In this document: piece after piece, positions 13,856 to 26,588 of the stretch | Position numbering within the stretch: the first letter of the stretch is position 1 | Layout: each line of letters opens with the position of its first letter | From: Leucoraja ocellata | Taxonomy: Eukaryota | Direction of reading: 5' to 3' | Assembly (NCBI GenBank): GCA_036785375.1 | Contig: JAWMAR010000186.1 | Span: 4,278,001 to 4,342,000, forward strand | DNA: 64,000 nt | The notes under the pieces: generated by a model | What the model saw: the letters and a program-made list of their open reading frames with translations, nothing else | What the model was told of the DNA's origin: nothing | The model's database searches: none | Program-made: the position numbers and the translations under genes

Positions 13856-15490
13856 ATGCTGTGTATTTGGGCTTTAAGAAAGTCTTTGATAAAGTGGTAC
13901 ATAAAACAATGTCAGCAAAATTGAAGCCCTTGGAAAAAGGACAATAACGCCATTAATATAGTATTGACAATGGGATGAAAAACTGAGGCCCTAAAAGTTC
14001 TCCATAAAATGGGGACTAAAAGGTCACTGCAAGATCTACCAATTACTGCTGCAAAATGCAGTGGCATATTTAGGCCAATGTTTGTCTGTTGTTTTCTGTT
14101 GAAATAAAGGAGAAACAAAAACAATTTTTTTGGTTGGTCTGGTGCAGTGAGCAAGTTCCAGCTGGTAGTGAAGTGTTGCAATGGTTAAAGGTGTGGAGAT
14201 TGGATTTGGGGGTTTGTCAGGTCTGGAGATGATGGTGGGGCAACTGAAGTACGGTGGGGTGTGCTGAATATGAAGGAAGGGCTTGAAGAAGCCGGCATAA
14301 GGAGATGTGTGGAAGGGAAGCTGGCAAATTGTGGTTGGGCGCAGTAATGAGACCACAGGGCCGGTAAATGTAAAGCAAAAGATGTTCTGTTTTGTTCTGC
14401 TTTCGTGTGCTGGGCTGGAGCCTGTTCCAGGATGACTCCTGTCATCTCTGCAGTGAATGGTTGTTCTGAGAGTGCCCATTGAACAGTCCATGGAATAATG
14501 TGATCCAATTTGTCAGGCACCAGCCCAAAGGAAAATCGAACGAGAAATTACATTACTCTGTGTTAAACATTGCAGAAATGAAGTTATCTGCCACAAATCA
14601 CCCTTGTATCAACTTGCATAATGGAATTTTTACTGGTGTTGTTCAACATGGACCAAACCTCTAAGCCAGAGACTTGTAACGCATGGATGCTTTGCAGACT
14701 GGACGGAAGCTAATTATGAAGTTCAGCACTATCACAAAAAATAAAGATTGCAACAGTAGACTTCAGAAAGACATTGACAAGATTGCAATTAGGTATATGT
14801 TTGTTGGACAGAGTTTTGTGTGTTACAATTTAGTTTAGTTTAGTGATGCAGCATGGAAATAAGCCCTTCCTCCTACCGAGCCTGCCCTGACCAATGCCCA
14901 CTCATGCACGAATTCCATCCTACACACTAGGGACAATTTATCAGAAGGGAAGACCGTGAAACACTCACTTCAAAATCAGTTGTTCACATAAGTCTCCCAT
15001 AAATCGTGATGCCAGTAAATAGTCTATGACAGAATCTTTCCCATTGATGACCAGGTTAATCAAGGATGCACAATTACCTGACACTGTTCTCAATCTTTCT
15101 CAACACAATATTGTATATTGCCTCCCACAAGCTTCCTGTGGGAATGAAGCTAATCTTCAGAATTGATGGAAACATTTAACCAACCCTGATTGCATTCCAG
15201 AGCCGAGGTCACATGAGGCTCAGTAGCCTGCAGTTTGCAAATGATGCTTATGTTTGTGTATGATTGGATACTGGTTTACAAGCTATGGTAGAGTTGAACA
15301 ACATCCTTCAATCATGTATTCATGCTACATAACACTGCTCTCCAACAACGAAGGTTCATATTGTCAACCATGGGGAAAAACACATGGTTTGAGTAAGAAG
15401 GAACTGCAGATGCCGTTTTACACCGAAGATAGACACAAACTGCTGGAGTTCCTCAGCAGGCCAGGCAGCATCTCTGGAGAAAAGGAATAG

Positions 15491-15675
15491 AATTACCTTT
15501 ATTGTCATTCAGACCTTACGGTCTGAATGAGATTTCGTGCCTGCAGTCATACATACAATAATACAATAATAAACAACAATAAACACAAATTAACATCCAC
15601 CACAGTGAGTCCTCCAATCACCTCCTCACTGAGGTGGAGGCAAAAATATTAGGGCTGCAGTCTCTTCCCTCCTGA
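15491..15675 (-). mobile_element. 3' fragment of the same non-autonomous retroelement family as 37435-38557
   Basis: The reverse complement aligns with 38365-38545, including both hairpins and AATAAA. Confidence 0.85.
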
Positions 15676-15729
15676 CTAACTAGATGACTAACCACCAAGA
15701 AGCACCTCAAGGAACTTGAAAGAAACCAC

Positions 15730-16110
15730 CAACTTTATCTCTATAAAATGCTCCAATTCCTCTGGAAGGACAAACATCCGTGAACCGTCATCAGTGTTTT
15801 CTCCCAAGCTGGCATAGCTGCAATGAGGCCTTAATTGCATTCATTCAATGTTGTTGGGATGGCCACATCGTTCACATTCACAACACCATCTCCTTGAAAC
15901 AGACTCTCTATCCTGAGCTCCGTGAATGGAAGAGAATATTGAGTGGACAATGCAAGAACGTGCTCAGTACTCCTTTGGAAAAAAATGTAAATTCCCAACT
16001 GACTTTTGGGAATCCCTGGCTCATGGCCACTATAATTGGGGAAAGAGCATTGGTAATACTATAGAGAAGCTTGAGCCCATGTATCACAAGGCCCACGTAA
16101 ACTGCCAGAG
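15730..16110 (+). mobile_element. RTE/BovB-like LINE C-terminal fragment, degenerate
   Basis: 'CWDGHIVHIHNTISLKQTLYPELREWKR' resembles the RTE consensus RWAGHVxRMxDxRLPKQxLYxEL. Confidence 0.65.
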
Positions 16111-17265
16111 GAGCAGAGCACCTCTCAAACCTCCAACCCGTGAGTCATCAAAGGAACCACAAAGTCAAGGCAGAAACAAGTCATTGTTGACCCTGACAAG
16201 CGAAGCACAAAGATGAAGTAGTATTACCACAAACATTTAAATATTCATATTATCTACCAACACTATTACTACAACTATTGCTATTATTGTTGCTATTAAT
16301 AAAATATATTAATCTTCCGGGGAAAAAAATCTGCCATAATCTCATTGATGGTGGGGCAGACTCAAGGGGGAAATAGCCCTTGTTGTTCCTAACTAGCTCA
16401 AAAAGAAGTGAAATACTGAGAGAGATGAGTCGATTGAAGATGTTTTGATTTTAGACTATATTCATTCATCTTGAATACGCAGAATGGGAGCATAGAAATG
16501 TACAGTGTTGGACATGACAGCAACCACTTAATGTTCATGCTCTGCTTCATCTACCATCTCGGGCATTATTTCAATCTGTCTAATGCTCGTGCTGCTTTGT
16601 CCTGTGGAATCAGTGTATCTCATGCGTAATTGAATCCTAGCCTACTTACAGTACTTTACTTTCTGTCTGTACTTTGCCCCTGCTCCAATACAGAAAGCGA
16701 TGCATATCTGACTATTGGTAGCCAAGCTAATGCTATTTTTAGAATGCTTTGGACATTATTATTATTACATTTAAATACCATATCCTTGCATCTGAACCAA
16801 AATGTAACTAAAATGGTGTCTCCACATAGACCTACCGATCAAAATGACATAAAAGCTAAATTGAACTGTGCCTCGATTTGCAGAGGAGAGTCTGGTGTTA
16901 ATGCATATGGGATAGAGTTAAAAGGCCATGATTTAGTGATCTGATAACATCATAAAAATACTGAAAGGGAAGCTAGAGGGTGCTTCTGACCATTAGAAAC
17001 CTGGGAATTAGTTAGTGCATTACCTGAGTTATTGCCTTAATATTGTTTCCAATGACTTGCTGTAGTTGTGCAAGTAGAATACATGACTTATTTATAGCCT
17101 GATTGTCTCTGGCTGCTCTTAACATACACTGGGTAGGCATATCAAGTGTAGATGATAATGCATGGCACACTATGCAAAGTATGAAGAATCAGATTACAAT
17201 AAAAAAATTGTATTCAATCTTAAACCATTGCCCAATGTATCATTCTGTGCCGATGATTGAAGTTA

Positions 17266-18330
17266 TCTATAGATAATTAAAACTCTGATCTTGTGCTCTT
17301 CCGGTTTGCACGGTTTTAATATTTGTGGAAAAACGGTACACGATAGTGCTACGATTTTTCATCAGCTCACCTGTGCTGCAGGTTCTCCTGTGCTGCGAGT
17401 GCAACATGTTTCGTTCTGATCGGTAGTATATTGTAAAAGTTAGCGAGGTTTAAAAACTTTAAAAACCGTGCGTAAGCAGATCGATCTCCTCTCCTGCCAG
17501 TCAGCGCCGCGCGGATTGATCTCTTCTCCTGTCAATCCCCGGGATGGTCCGCCCCTTCCTGTGCCATCGTGTCTTTACTGGAGCTGAGGGACGCTGTAGG
17601 TGGCCGGCGGAAGTCTCCAACCGGACATAATTTTCAGATATGTTGCCAAATGGAAAGTGCAGAGGCTGATCTCGGCAGAGGAGAGTGCCCAGCACCCACT
17701 GTGAGTCCCGAACACACTGCTATCGCAATGCCCCGCAGCTCCAGCCCCTTCCTCTCTGGTCCCCCTCGCTGGCTCCTGCCTCCCTCCCCCATGACACCCG
17801 CCTCTCCCCCATGGCGCTTCCCCCGTCTTTTCTCCAAGCTTTCCCCCCACCCCCTCACCCCCACAAGCAGGCGCGGCCGTAGCTTCTGGTGCTTCTGGGC
17901 CGAGCCGAGGATCCGAGGCCTGGCTCTAAGGGCGCCGACGGCTGATGCTCCTCCGGGGCACACAAGAAGGGAGAGGAGCAGCAACATCAAGATCTGAGGG
18001 AGGTGAAGAGGGAGTGTGGGGGAGGAGGGGGAATAGAGGGAGAGGAGGGGGGAGTGGGGGTGGTAGGGAGTAGGGAATAGAGGGAGAGGATGGCAGTGGG
18101 GTGAGGAGGGATTGTGGGAGGGATAGGGCGAGGTGAGGAGTGGGGAGATGGGGGATATAGGGATTGGAGGGGGGTTTGGAGGGGAGAGGAGTTATGGCGG
18201 TAGGGAGGGAGTGACTGAGGGTAGGGGAAAGGAGAGGGAGAGAGAGGTGAGGGAGGAATTGGGGAGGGGAGGAGGAGAGGGTAAAGAAGAGGGAGGGTGA
18301 AGAGGAGGGGGAGAGAGTGCTAAGGATGAG
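17266..18330 (+). mobile_element. GC-rich non-autonomous element, possibly Helitron-like
   Basis: Begins a|TCTATAGATAATTAAAACTCTG (Helitron-like 5' TC start), has a CpG-rich body, and ends in a purine-rich tract. No clear 3' hairpin or CTRR terminus was found. Confidence 0.35.
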
Positions 18331-18335
18331 GGGAA
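17996..18335 (+). repeat. G/A-rich low-complexity polypurine tract
   Basis: About 340 nt of dense GGG/GGAG runs, almost free of C. Confidence 0.9.
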
Positions 18336-18734
18336 ATGAGTTGTGCCTGTGCAGTTGGGGGCTATTGAGTGGAATATTGCTATGGTTGTACTGTTATACA
18401 ATTTGGAATTGGAAAAAAGTTGAAGACGATACAGATTTAAAGCAAGTGGGAAGAGCGGGAAAGAACAAGGGAGAAGGTCCAGAAAGTGAGGAAGGTAGGA
18501 GATTAAATGGTAAAAGTGAACTGGATATAAAGAAAACAAGTGGGTGGAGATGGGAGAAGGGAAAAGCAAAAGATTGAGTCCAGAGTAGATGTAAATCTGG
18601 CTACCAGATATTGTAGAGCTCATTCTTGAGAATTGTAATATGTTTGGTCAAATGATGTGTATTCCTTTAAATGTGCTTCATTTAAACAATGGAGGAAGCC
18701 AAGGTCACTGTTACGGACCTCCTGGACTTTAGTT

Positions 18735-18747
18735 GGCCATCTAGTGG
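18735..18747 (-). promoter_or_regulatory. Candidate CTCF site (with a weaker duplicate at 18771-18783)
   Basis: The reverse complement CCACTAGATGGCC matches the CTCF core CCASYAGRKGGC. Motif match only. Confidence 0.4.
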
Positions 18748-19236
18748 TGATTCTGTGTAACATTTTGGTTGGCCATCTAGTGATTACCTTTGTGAAACGT
18801 TTTGAGTGGCCATCTTTCAAATTTAAAAACAAACCGCCATCCTCATCTCTGTCAATCCCTAACACAGCATTGTCTTTTCACACTTTATTCCATTAAACTC
18901 TCAAAATACACAGCTGTCTGTTCCTTTCGAGGGAGATGGAAGGAGTGTTTAACTAGACTGAATAGCTGAGCAGCCTGTGTTCAGTCACAGTGGTACTGCA
19001 CAGGGAATTAAAATTATATTATTTGGAACCTGCTTCCTGATCACCCAAGCTGCACATATTCTTTATAAAGACTGCATTTTATGCAATGATCTTTATCATT
19101 TTCACTCTCAAATCAAAGGTCATTGGTCTGAAATATTGCCTGTTTCTTTATGCTACAGTATACTCTGCTGGTTATTAGCAGTGCCTTTGTGTGGTAACAT
19201 AGATGTGACCTCATAACCTTTGTATGTCCCCAAGTA

Positions 19237-19533
19237 ATAGAAACATAGATACATAGAAAATAGGTGCAGGAGTAGGCCATTCGGCCCTTCGAGCCTGCAC
19301 CGCCATTCAATATGATCATGGCTGATCATCCAACTCAGTATCCTGTACCTGCCTTCTATCCATACCCCCTGATCCCCTTAGCCACAAGGGCCACATCTAA
19401 CTCCCTCTTAAATATAGCCAATTAACTGGCCTCAACTACCTTGTGGCAGAAAATTCCAGAGATTCACCACTCTCTGTGTGAAAAATGTTTTCCTCATCCC
19501 AGTCCTAAAAGATTTCCCCCTTATCCTTAAACT
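19237..19533 (-). mobile_element. CR1 family A 3' end
   Basis: Reverse complement of the 3' region of the 13035 and 60815 copies, with a (tttctatg)n-type tail. Confidence 0.93.
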
Positions 19534-19660
19534 TAGAAGTACTTTACAACTAATGAAATACTTTTGAAGCGTGATCAATAGATCTGTTTATCAAGCGGGG
19601 TCTTCAACATTAGCTGCCTTCCTGTCTTTCTGTCTCTTACTCAACATTCAGGAAGGCACA

Positions 19661-22500
19661 AAAATAGTAAGATTAAACGAGAACTTACCAGTTTGAAGTT
19701 TGATCTGTATTTTATGAGGAGTTACGATGAGGGATTACGTGAAGAACCCGTCCAGCACGCATGCACGACATACTTCAAAGCAGCGGTGTGGAATCACAGG
19801 AAACACAATAATTGAAATAAACATAATAAAGAAAAGGAGAACTAAGATACCAGTTGATCTCTATAATTGAGGGTGGGAGCGGAGGGCACATAATCCCTCA
19901 TCGTAACTCCTCAGAAAATACAGATCAAACTTCAAACTGATAAGTTCTCGTTTAATCTTACTATTTTACTTCGGAGTCACGTGAGTGACTACGTGAAGAT
20001 TTTAAAGCTCTGTGATTTCAAACCGTGTAACAGTCCATACTTCACTCGCTGCCGAAGTCATCCAAGGGAGGAAGTATGTTATCATAATCAAACCTGAATC
20101 TGTTTGTAAAACAACAATGGTATTATTTGAAAATAATAACAAAGAAATTAATGCTCCCCCAAGCTAAATTATATATTTTTTGCAGTCTAAAATTCTCTCT
20201 GCAAATGAAACAGGTTTTAATGGCTTGTTGTAGAATGTTTGAAAGTTCTTCCCATGGACCACCCCGATTGTTACCAGGTTAGGTCCAGTGGCACATCCAT
20301 ACTGTTAGCCGCCAACGTGGATGCTGCTCTGGTGGAGTGAGATGTGTAAATATCGGTATCCACTCCAGCAGCTCCTAATACCTGTTTGAGCCATTTAGAG
20401 AAGGTTTGACTCGGTACCCTGACCCAGTGGCGTTTTTGTGGCTGACTCATTTTGTCTCCCTCTGGAATTTTAAGTTGTATTGATACATTGTAGAAGGTGA
20501 GTCATGACACATAACGGTGGTCAGGTGGGTACGCCCGGAATTCCATAATGAGTCCTGAAGTTCCTGGTCTACTCTGTTTTACCAGCTCCTGAATGGTGAA
20601 TGTTATTTGGTCTGATGTTATGACCATATTGTCCAATCTGCGTAGGTAAAAAGACTGGACCCTTATGCTGAGACTAAGCCATCAGCGTGGCCGTATGCAG
20701 GGTAGCTGTTTTCAGAGTAAGAAATCTGGCTGGTATCCCTTAGGTATGTCAGGACAACGCTGACATCCCAGATCTTGGTATATCTAGGTCTTGGGATTTT
20801 GAATAGAAGGTACCTCTCATTAATTTGGCCACCAGTGGACGAGACCTATGGCCTGTTTCCCTTGGTGCCTGTCTTAGATAGGCTGACAGTGCACTTCTAG
20901 CACATTTGATAGTGCTATAGTTCAGACCTTCATCGTGGCGAAGGCTGGCCAGAAACTCCGGTACATAGGTATGGTGGATGATTAGTAGGTTGTCTCTGTT
21001 CTCGAGCAGTATGTTTCCCATTTTCTTATACTGGAGAGATATTGTTTCTTGGTGGAAGTCGGTGAGATGCTGTCATCGTGTTCATGGTCCTATTTGACAA
21101 TCCCAGGTCCATCAAAAGGTCTTTTTGGAATCTGCAACCCAGTAGGCTTACTCTGTCATGGCATGGATGACTTATGCCCGTACAGGGTGGATCAGTAGAT
21201 CTGGTCCGTGGGGAATGGTCATGGGTTTCAATTACCTCAAGGATCACTGGGAACCATGGCTGTGTAGGCCAGTCAGGTACTACCAAAAAGTCTGAAACAT
21301 GTCTGCCACAGTATTTAGCTCACCTGGTAGGTAAGTTGCTGATAGCCAAATATGTTTGACCACATACCATTACCAAATTGTGTTAATCAAATTGTCACAT
21401 GATATCGATTTTATTCCGCCCATGTGGTTTAGTATAGGCCACCACTGTGATATTGTCAAATTATAAACGAACATGCAAAGTGGTGCACTATTGAACAATA
21501 TGCTTTTAACCCATAGAACGCACCCAACATTTCCAACTAGGTTTTATGTCCAGTGTCTGTAGTGGTGATGACTCTAGATTAGTCCATTTACCACCTGTTC
21601 TGGATATGGGTTATTTTGTTTAAACGCTAGCACCGTAGCTCTAATGGAAAGGTCCAAGTTAAGTAGCTGGTAATGCTGCTACTAATTTCTCAATTACTCT
21701 TGCCACTTTGTCGAATGGTTGGTTGATTGTTAACCGTTAATTTGTTTCAGGTTTATGCCAATTATGCTGATTCTCCTTTTGGCAACGTTATAGACACGTG
21801 GACTGAGTTAAATGAATACCAGATAGTCCATAATTGTAGATGGTGTCAACGGAGATTTATCTGAATTGTATGACAAAGCCCAGGCTAAATAAATTTAGTA
21901 GCTAATGCTGCTGATTTAGCTAATTCCATGGTTTTGTCTGTTGTTAAATATCATCGAGATATGCCATGACAATATGTTTCCTTAATAGTGTCAGGGCAGG
22001 TTTGAACATCTGGGAAAACAGGTTTGGCTCATATTTAGACCATTAGTCAATAATTTATACTGCCATAGTTACCCCATCCAGGTAAATTTTAGGTATCTCC
22101 GATGATCTTTATGAATGGGTACTGAATAGTATGCATCTTTTACGTCGATGCCTACCATAAAGTATTTTTAGGAGTCCATGTTTGGCAGTTACAGATGTTT
22201 TCCATTAAAGCGTGTATACCTGGTGAGAGTATTCAAAGTGGTTAAGTCAATGATGGTGCGATATTCACCATCTTTTTGTTTTTTTGGTAAATTAATACAG
22301 TTCCAAAGGTTCATATTTAGACTTCTTTACGACCCCTTTGTATGTCTTCTCCAGTTCAGCTTATACCCCCCCCCCCCTCCCCTCTCCCCCCCTCTGTTAG
22401 CACAATCCCCTCACCTTTCATGTGATGGTAGGAACCATACTCACATACCTCCACTGTTGTTTAGTGGTGTGTTCATTTCTTCGGTTTCTGGTATCCAGCA
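19661..22500 (-). mobile_element. DIRS1-like tyrosine-recombinase retrotransposon, 5'-truncated and degenerate
   Basis: Minus-strand motifs in DIRS order: RT (MVGIDVKDAYYSVPIH about 22110-22158; MAYLDD 21950-21967), RNase H (LEMLGAFYGL; DNITVVAY about 21435-21535), VVPDWPTQPWFP (ORF 21026-21286), integrase N-terminus (LNYSTIKCARSALS), and YR catalytic HSTRAAST (20316-20339). An 81-bp inverted repeat at 19661-19741/19887-19967 fits the right terminus and ICR. Confidence 0.92.
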
Positions 22501-22717
22501 CTGGCCAATCCAGTAAAGTCTAATCAAAGATCATCATTAGATAAACACCATATTGTATGATCATTCTTGGGACATTTACAGCATGCCTTTGTCACAAATA
22601 AAGAAAATAAATTGATGAAACTTTCATGCCAAGTACCATGCACTAGAAGTCAAAGTTACCTACCATTCCTGCACCTGAAGTTTGCATCTTAATTACTAAA
22701 ATGTCGGCCTTTACTCA

Positions 22718-23350
22718 TTGAGTTGTACAGCACAGTAACACGCTCTTCAGCCTAACTTATCCATGCTGAGCAAAATGTCTTTCTAAACTAATCCCATTTG
22801 CCTGCATTTGGCTCTAATGCCTCTAAACCTTTCCTATCCACGTGACTGCCCAAATGTACTTTAAACGTGTAATTGTACCCACCTCTATCACTTCCTCTGG
22901 CAGCTCATTCCAAGTACCCACCACCATCTGTGTGGAAAAATTTACTCCTGGGATTTCCTTTAAATCTTTCCCTCTCACCTTAAACCTATGCCCTGTAGTT
23001 TGAGACAATACTCCAGGTTCAGTCTCACCTATGTCTTATACAGCTGTACCATGACTCCCCAACTGTTTGCTCGATGCCCTTACTGATGAAGGTAAGCCTG
23101 CCATACACTCTTTTCACCATCCTATCTATATGTGTGACCATGTTTAGGGAGCTATGTACTTGTGCCCTATTGTGTTCTGCAGCACTCCCAGGACACTTCC
23201 ATTAACCGTGTTTGTCCTGCCCTGGTTTAACTTTCCAAAATGCATCACTTTACATTTGGCTGTCCATCTGCCATTCCTTTGTCCATTTTTCCAGTGGCTT
23301 CAGATCCCGTTGTAATCTTAGAACACCTTGTTCACTGTCCACTGCACCAC
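22718..23350 (-). mobile_element. CR1 3' fragment(s), degenerate
   Basis: 'TTGHRFKVRG...FSTQMVVGTWNELPEEVIE' is a CR1 C-terminal motif. Confidence 0.8.
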
Positions 23351-23651
23351 TAAATTAAAATTTTACTATTCATGACACCTGCATTCCTATCCTAATCGAT
23401 AATGTAGATGACAAGCAGCAGGTCAAAAGCGTGATAGATTCCAAGGAGCGGCAGCGTAATGTTGAAGAATCCTGAACTGGAGTTATGGTAATGGTTGTCC
23501 ATTTAGTGCCGATATATGAAATGCCTTCACACAGGATTCTAAACTCTGTCATTGGTTTATTATTATTATGTCTACTAAAATAAAGTGCAGAATTTAGTAT
23601 TGCATTCTATCCAGATAGCTTATCCTTGCAGACTACACTCACACAAGATTG

Positions 23652-23968
23652 TTTAGTTAGTTTAGAAATATAGCATATAAACAGGCCCTTCAGCCCATCG
23701 AGACCATGCTAATTGTCGATCACCCATTCACACAAATTCTACATTATCCCACTTTTGTAACCACTCCCTACATAATAGGGGAAATGTACAGATAACCTAC
23801 AAACCTGCATGTCAATGGAATGTGGGAAGAAACCAGAGCACCCAGAAGAAACACATGCATTCACACGAAGAACATGCAAAATCCGCACAGACAGCTCCCA
23901 AGGTCGGGATCGAACCCAAGTCTCTGGCAGTGTGAGGCAGCAGCTCTACTAGCTGCACCACTATACCA
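23652..23968 (-). mobile_element. HE1/V-SINE-like SINE, near full length
   Basis: The reverse strand has a tRNA-like head with B-box 'ggttcgatccc', a V-domain and a (ctaaa)n tail. Confidence 0.8.
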
Positions 23969-25545
23969 CATTTGGATGATGGGAAATATATCCATAGCTT
24001 GTGTAGGGTCCATTCAAGTGTGTAACAACAGTGAGGGAAGAAGCTATCCTTGAATATTCTTGGTAGTGCATGTTTTTCATTAACTCAGAGAGATTTGGAC
24101 AGTCGCTTATTGAGTTTATTCCAGATATAAGGGAACAGGGGATATGTTAATCAAGTAAGAAGATGAGCTGTAGAATCGTTCACAATATTATTGAATTGCA
24201 GAGCACATGGCTGGGCACATATCACTTTTTTTTGTATTTTATTGCAGAGATTGAACGGGACAGTTTTAGTGATGGAAAGAGAATGGGAGTGGAAACTGGG
24301 ATAAAAGTCATCAAGAATGCAAACAGTTGGGTTTGGCATGAAATATTAGCTTATCTAAAACAATCTCTTATTTAATGACGAAACATTGCACCAGCATTTC
24401 TGTGGAAGTTTGGAGTTTCATGCTATTTAGGGTTGGTGCCGGATTTGAATATCAATCTGAATCCAATAAAGGCTTGTGGAACCTATTAAATCTAGTGGAC
24501 ATTTTATTAGCTTGAGGATGATGAGTAAAAAATACATTTATAGAAATTGAATTCTAGATTTTCAGGATATTTAATTCTTGCATGCCTGTACTTGTAAATG
24601 CCACAGCATAGCTTCAATTTAGTGTCCAGGCTGCCACTCACAGTCCACAGTATAATTGGGGAATCACTGGCTGCAAGCTCTACTCTACAGGTATAAATCT
24701 CAAGCTGGCAATGCAGCATGACTCTCCAGTTAGTCAACTGTTTGCTGTGCCTGTTTTTATTAAGCCAGTACATAGACATATTTAAGCAACTACATACCCT
24801 TGTGTTTTCCAGCTCCACCGAGTATTTATAGTGACGCTTCTTGCCACATTCTGCATTGAGACAGAAGCTATTCAAAGAGATAGCAAACCCCTCTGAGTAT
24901 TTCAGTGATGAGCTCTGCTAATGAACGCCAGCAGTGCTAGCCTCACTATTAGTAGATAGCCTCACGAGCCCTGCTGTCAGGGAAGCAGAAGCCACTGCAA
25001 CAATTTAAATAGTTTCATTTTCTTTTTTGCTTTTGGGAAGACTTTTACAAATCATTATTCTTGTAATATGACTGCAGTAACTAAAGATCTGAAGTATTCA
25101 TGAGGACTTATTTTTTCAAGTCCACTGATTCATTGGATGCTCCTTTGGAAACCACTGATGCTAATATTCAGCATAACGGTTACCTTCAGTGGGTTAACAT
25201 TAATCTTGGTTGGCTTCAGCCCATTCTATGTCCTAATGCACCAGATCTTGTTTGATCATCATCCTCGTGCTCACAGAGCTACTTTGTTTCCCACTCTGTT
25301 TTGTTGGCAATGCTCCTGAGAAGTAACCCAGGATGTTTTACCACGTTTAAGGTGCAAGAATGAATGTACCTAAGTTATAAAAACAGAAATTTGTAATTGT
25401 ATCTATCCCTACAGATAATATTTAATGTACCTTCAAACATTACTAATTATGAAATGTTTGAGGATCATCATGCAAATAACCATTTATTTTCATTAATTCA
25501 CGGAATCAATGACAAGGCAAACTTTTATTGTCCATTTCCAGCTAC

Positions 25546-25835
25546 TTAGTTTAGTTTGGAGATAGCTTAGCACGGAAACAGGCCTTTCACCCCACTGAGT
25601 CTGCGCCAACCAGCGATCCATTTACACTAGCACTATTCTACACACTAGGGACAATTTACAATTTTTACCAAAGTAAATTAACCTAAAAACCTGTATGTCT
25701 TTGGTGTGTGAGTGGAAACCGGAGCACCCGGAGAAAAGCCACGTGGTCACGGAGAGAACGGACAGACTCTGTACAGACAGCACCAGTAGTCAGGATCGAA
25801 CCTGGGTCTCTGCCGCTACTGCTGCGCCACCATGC
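25546..25835 (-). mobile_element. HE1/V-SINE-like SINE
   Basis: Head 'ggtggcgcagcagtag...caggttcgatcctgact', V-domain and (ctaaa)n tail on the reverse strand. Confidence 0.85.
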
Positions 25836-26305
25836 TGCAAAGAAGGAGGCAACATGCCTACTTCCTGAGCAAATAATTGTGAATTACCCTCTGTGGATAA
25901 GGTACTCCCTCTGTGCTGGTAGATGGGCAGGAACAGGACCCTAGAACCAGCAATGTTGAGGGCAGGTGATACATTTCCAAGTCAGGTCAGTCTGATAAAA
26001 TATGCTTGTTTAGAAGTTAAGTGAAGCACAATTGTCCTTGTTAAATACAATAGCATCTGATTGAGTACATTCATGAATATAAATACAACTCGTTAGTAAA
26101 TTAAGCTTTTGGATGAAAAGCTGTATTCCTTAATTTTTCTTAATAGCTTAAACTGTTTTTGAATTAAGCTCTTGACCCCAACAAGTCAGTGTGGGTGTCC
26201 AGTAAATGTGATGGATAGTCTGCAAAGAATAATGAATGAATTAATAATCTATGAAGCCATCATCTGAAGATAGATTCTATCATGTGCAAGTATAAGCTTT
26301 TAATG

Positions 26306-26588
26306 TTTAGTTTAGTTTAGTTTAGAGATATAACCTGGAGACAGGCACTTTTGCCCACTGAGTCCATGCCAACTATCAATCACCCATTCATACTAGTTCT
26401 ATGTTATCCCACTTTCTCAGTCACTCTGGCTGGCTATTTATAGAGGCCAATGTCTTTGGAATGTGGGATGAAACCGGAACACCAGGAGAAAACCCTTGCG
26501 ATCACACAGACAGCACCCGAGGTCAGGATCAAAACCGACTCTCTGGCAATGTGAGCCAGCATCTCCTCCTGTCGCACCACTGTGCCAT
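26306..26588 (-). mobile_element. HE1/V-SINE-like SINE, internally deleted
   Basis: (tttag)n tail on the + strand; homologous to the 23652 and 25546 copies. Confidence 0.75.

Noticed and set aside
20200-21030. Phage integrase or prophage
   Set aside because: The tyrosine recombinase motifs are collinear with RT and RNase H and an ICR, so this is a DIRS retrotransposon.
25770-25835. tRNA gene (A/B-box-like motifs, also at other SINE heads)
   Set aside because: These are SINE heads joined to a V-domain and LINE tail, with no complete cloverleaf.
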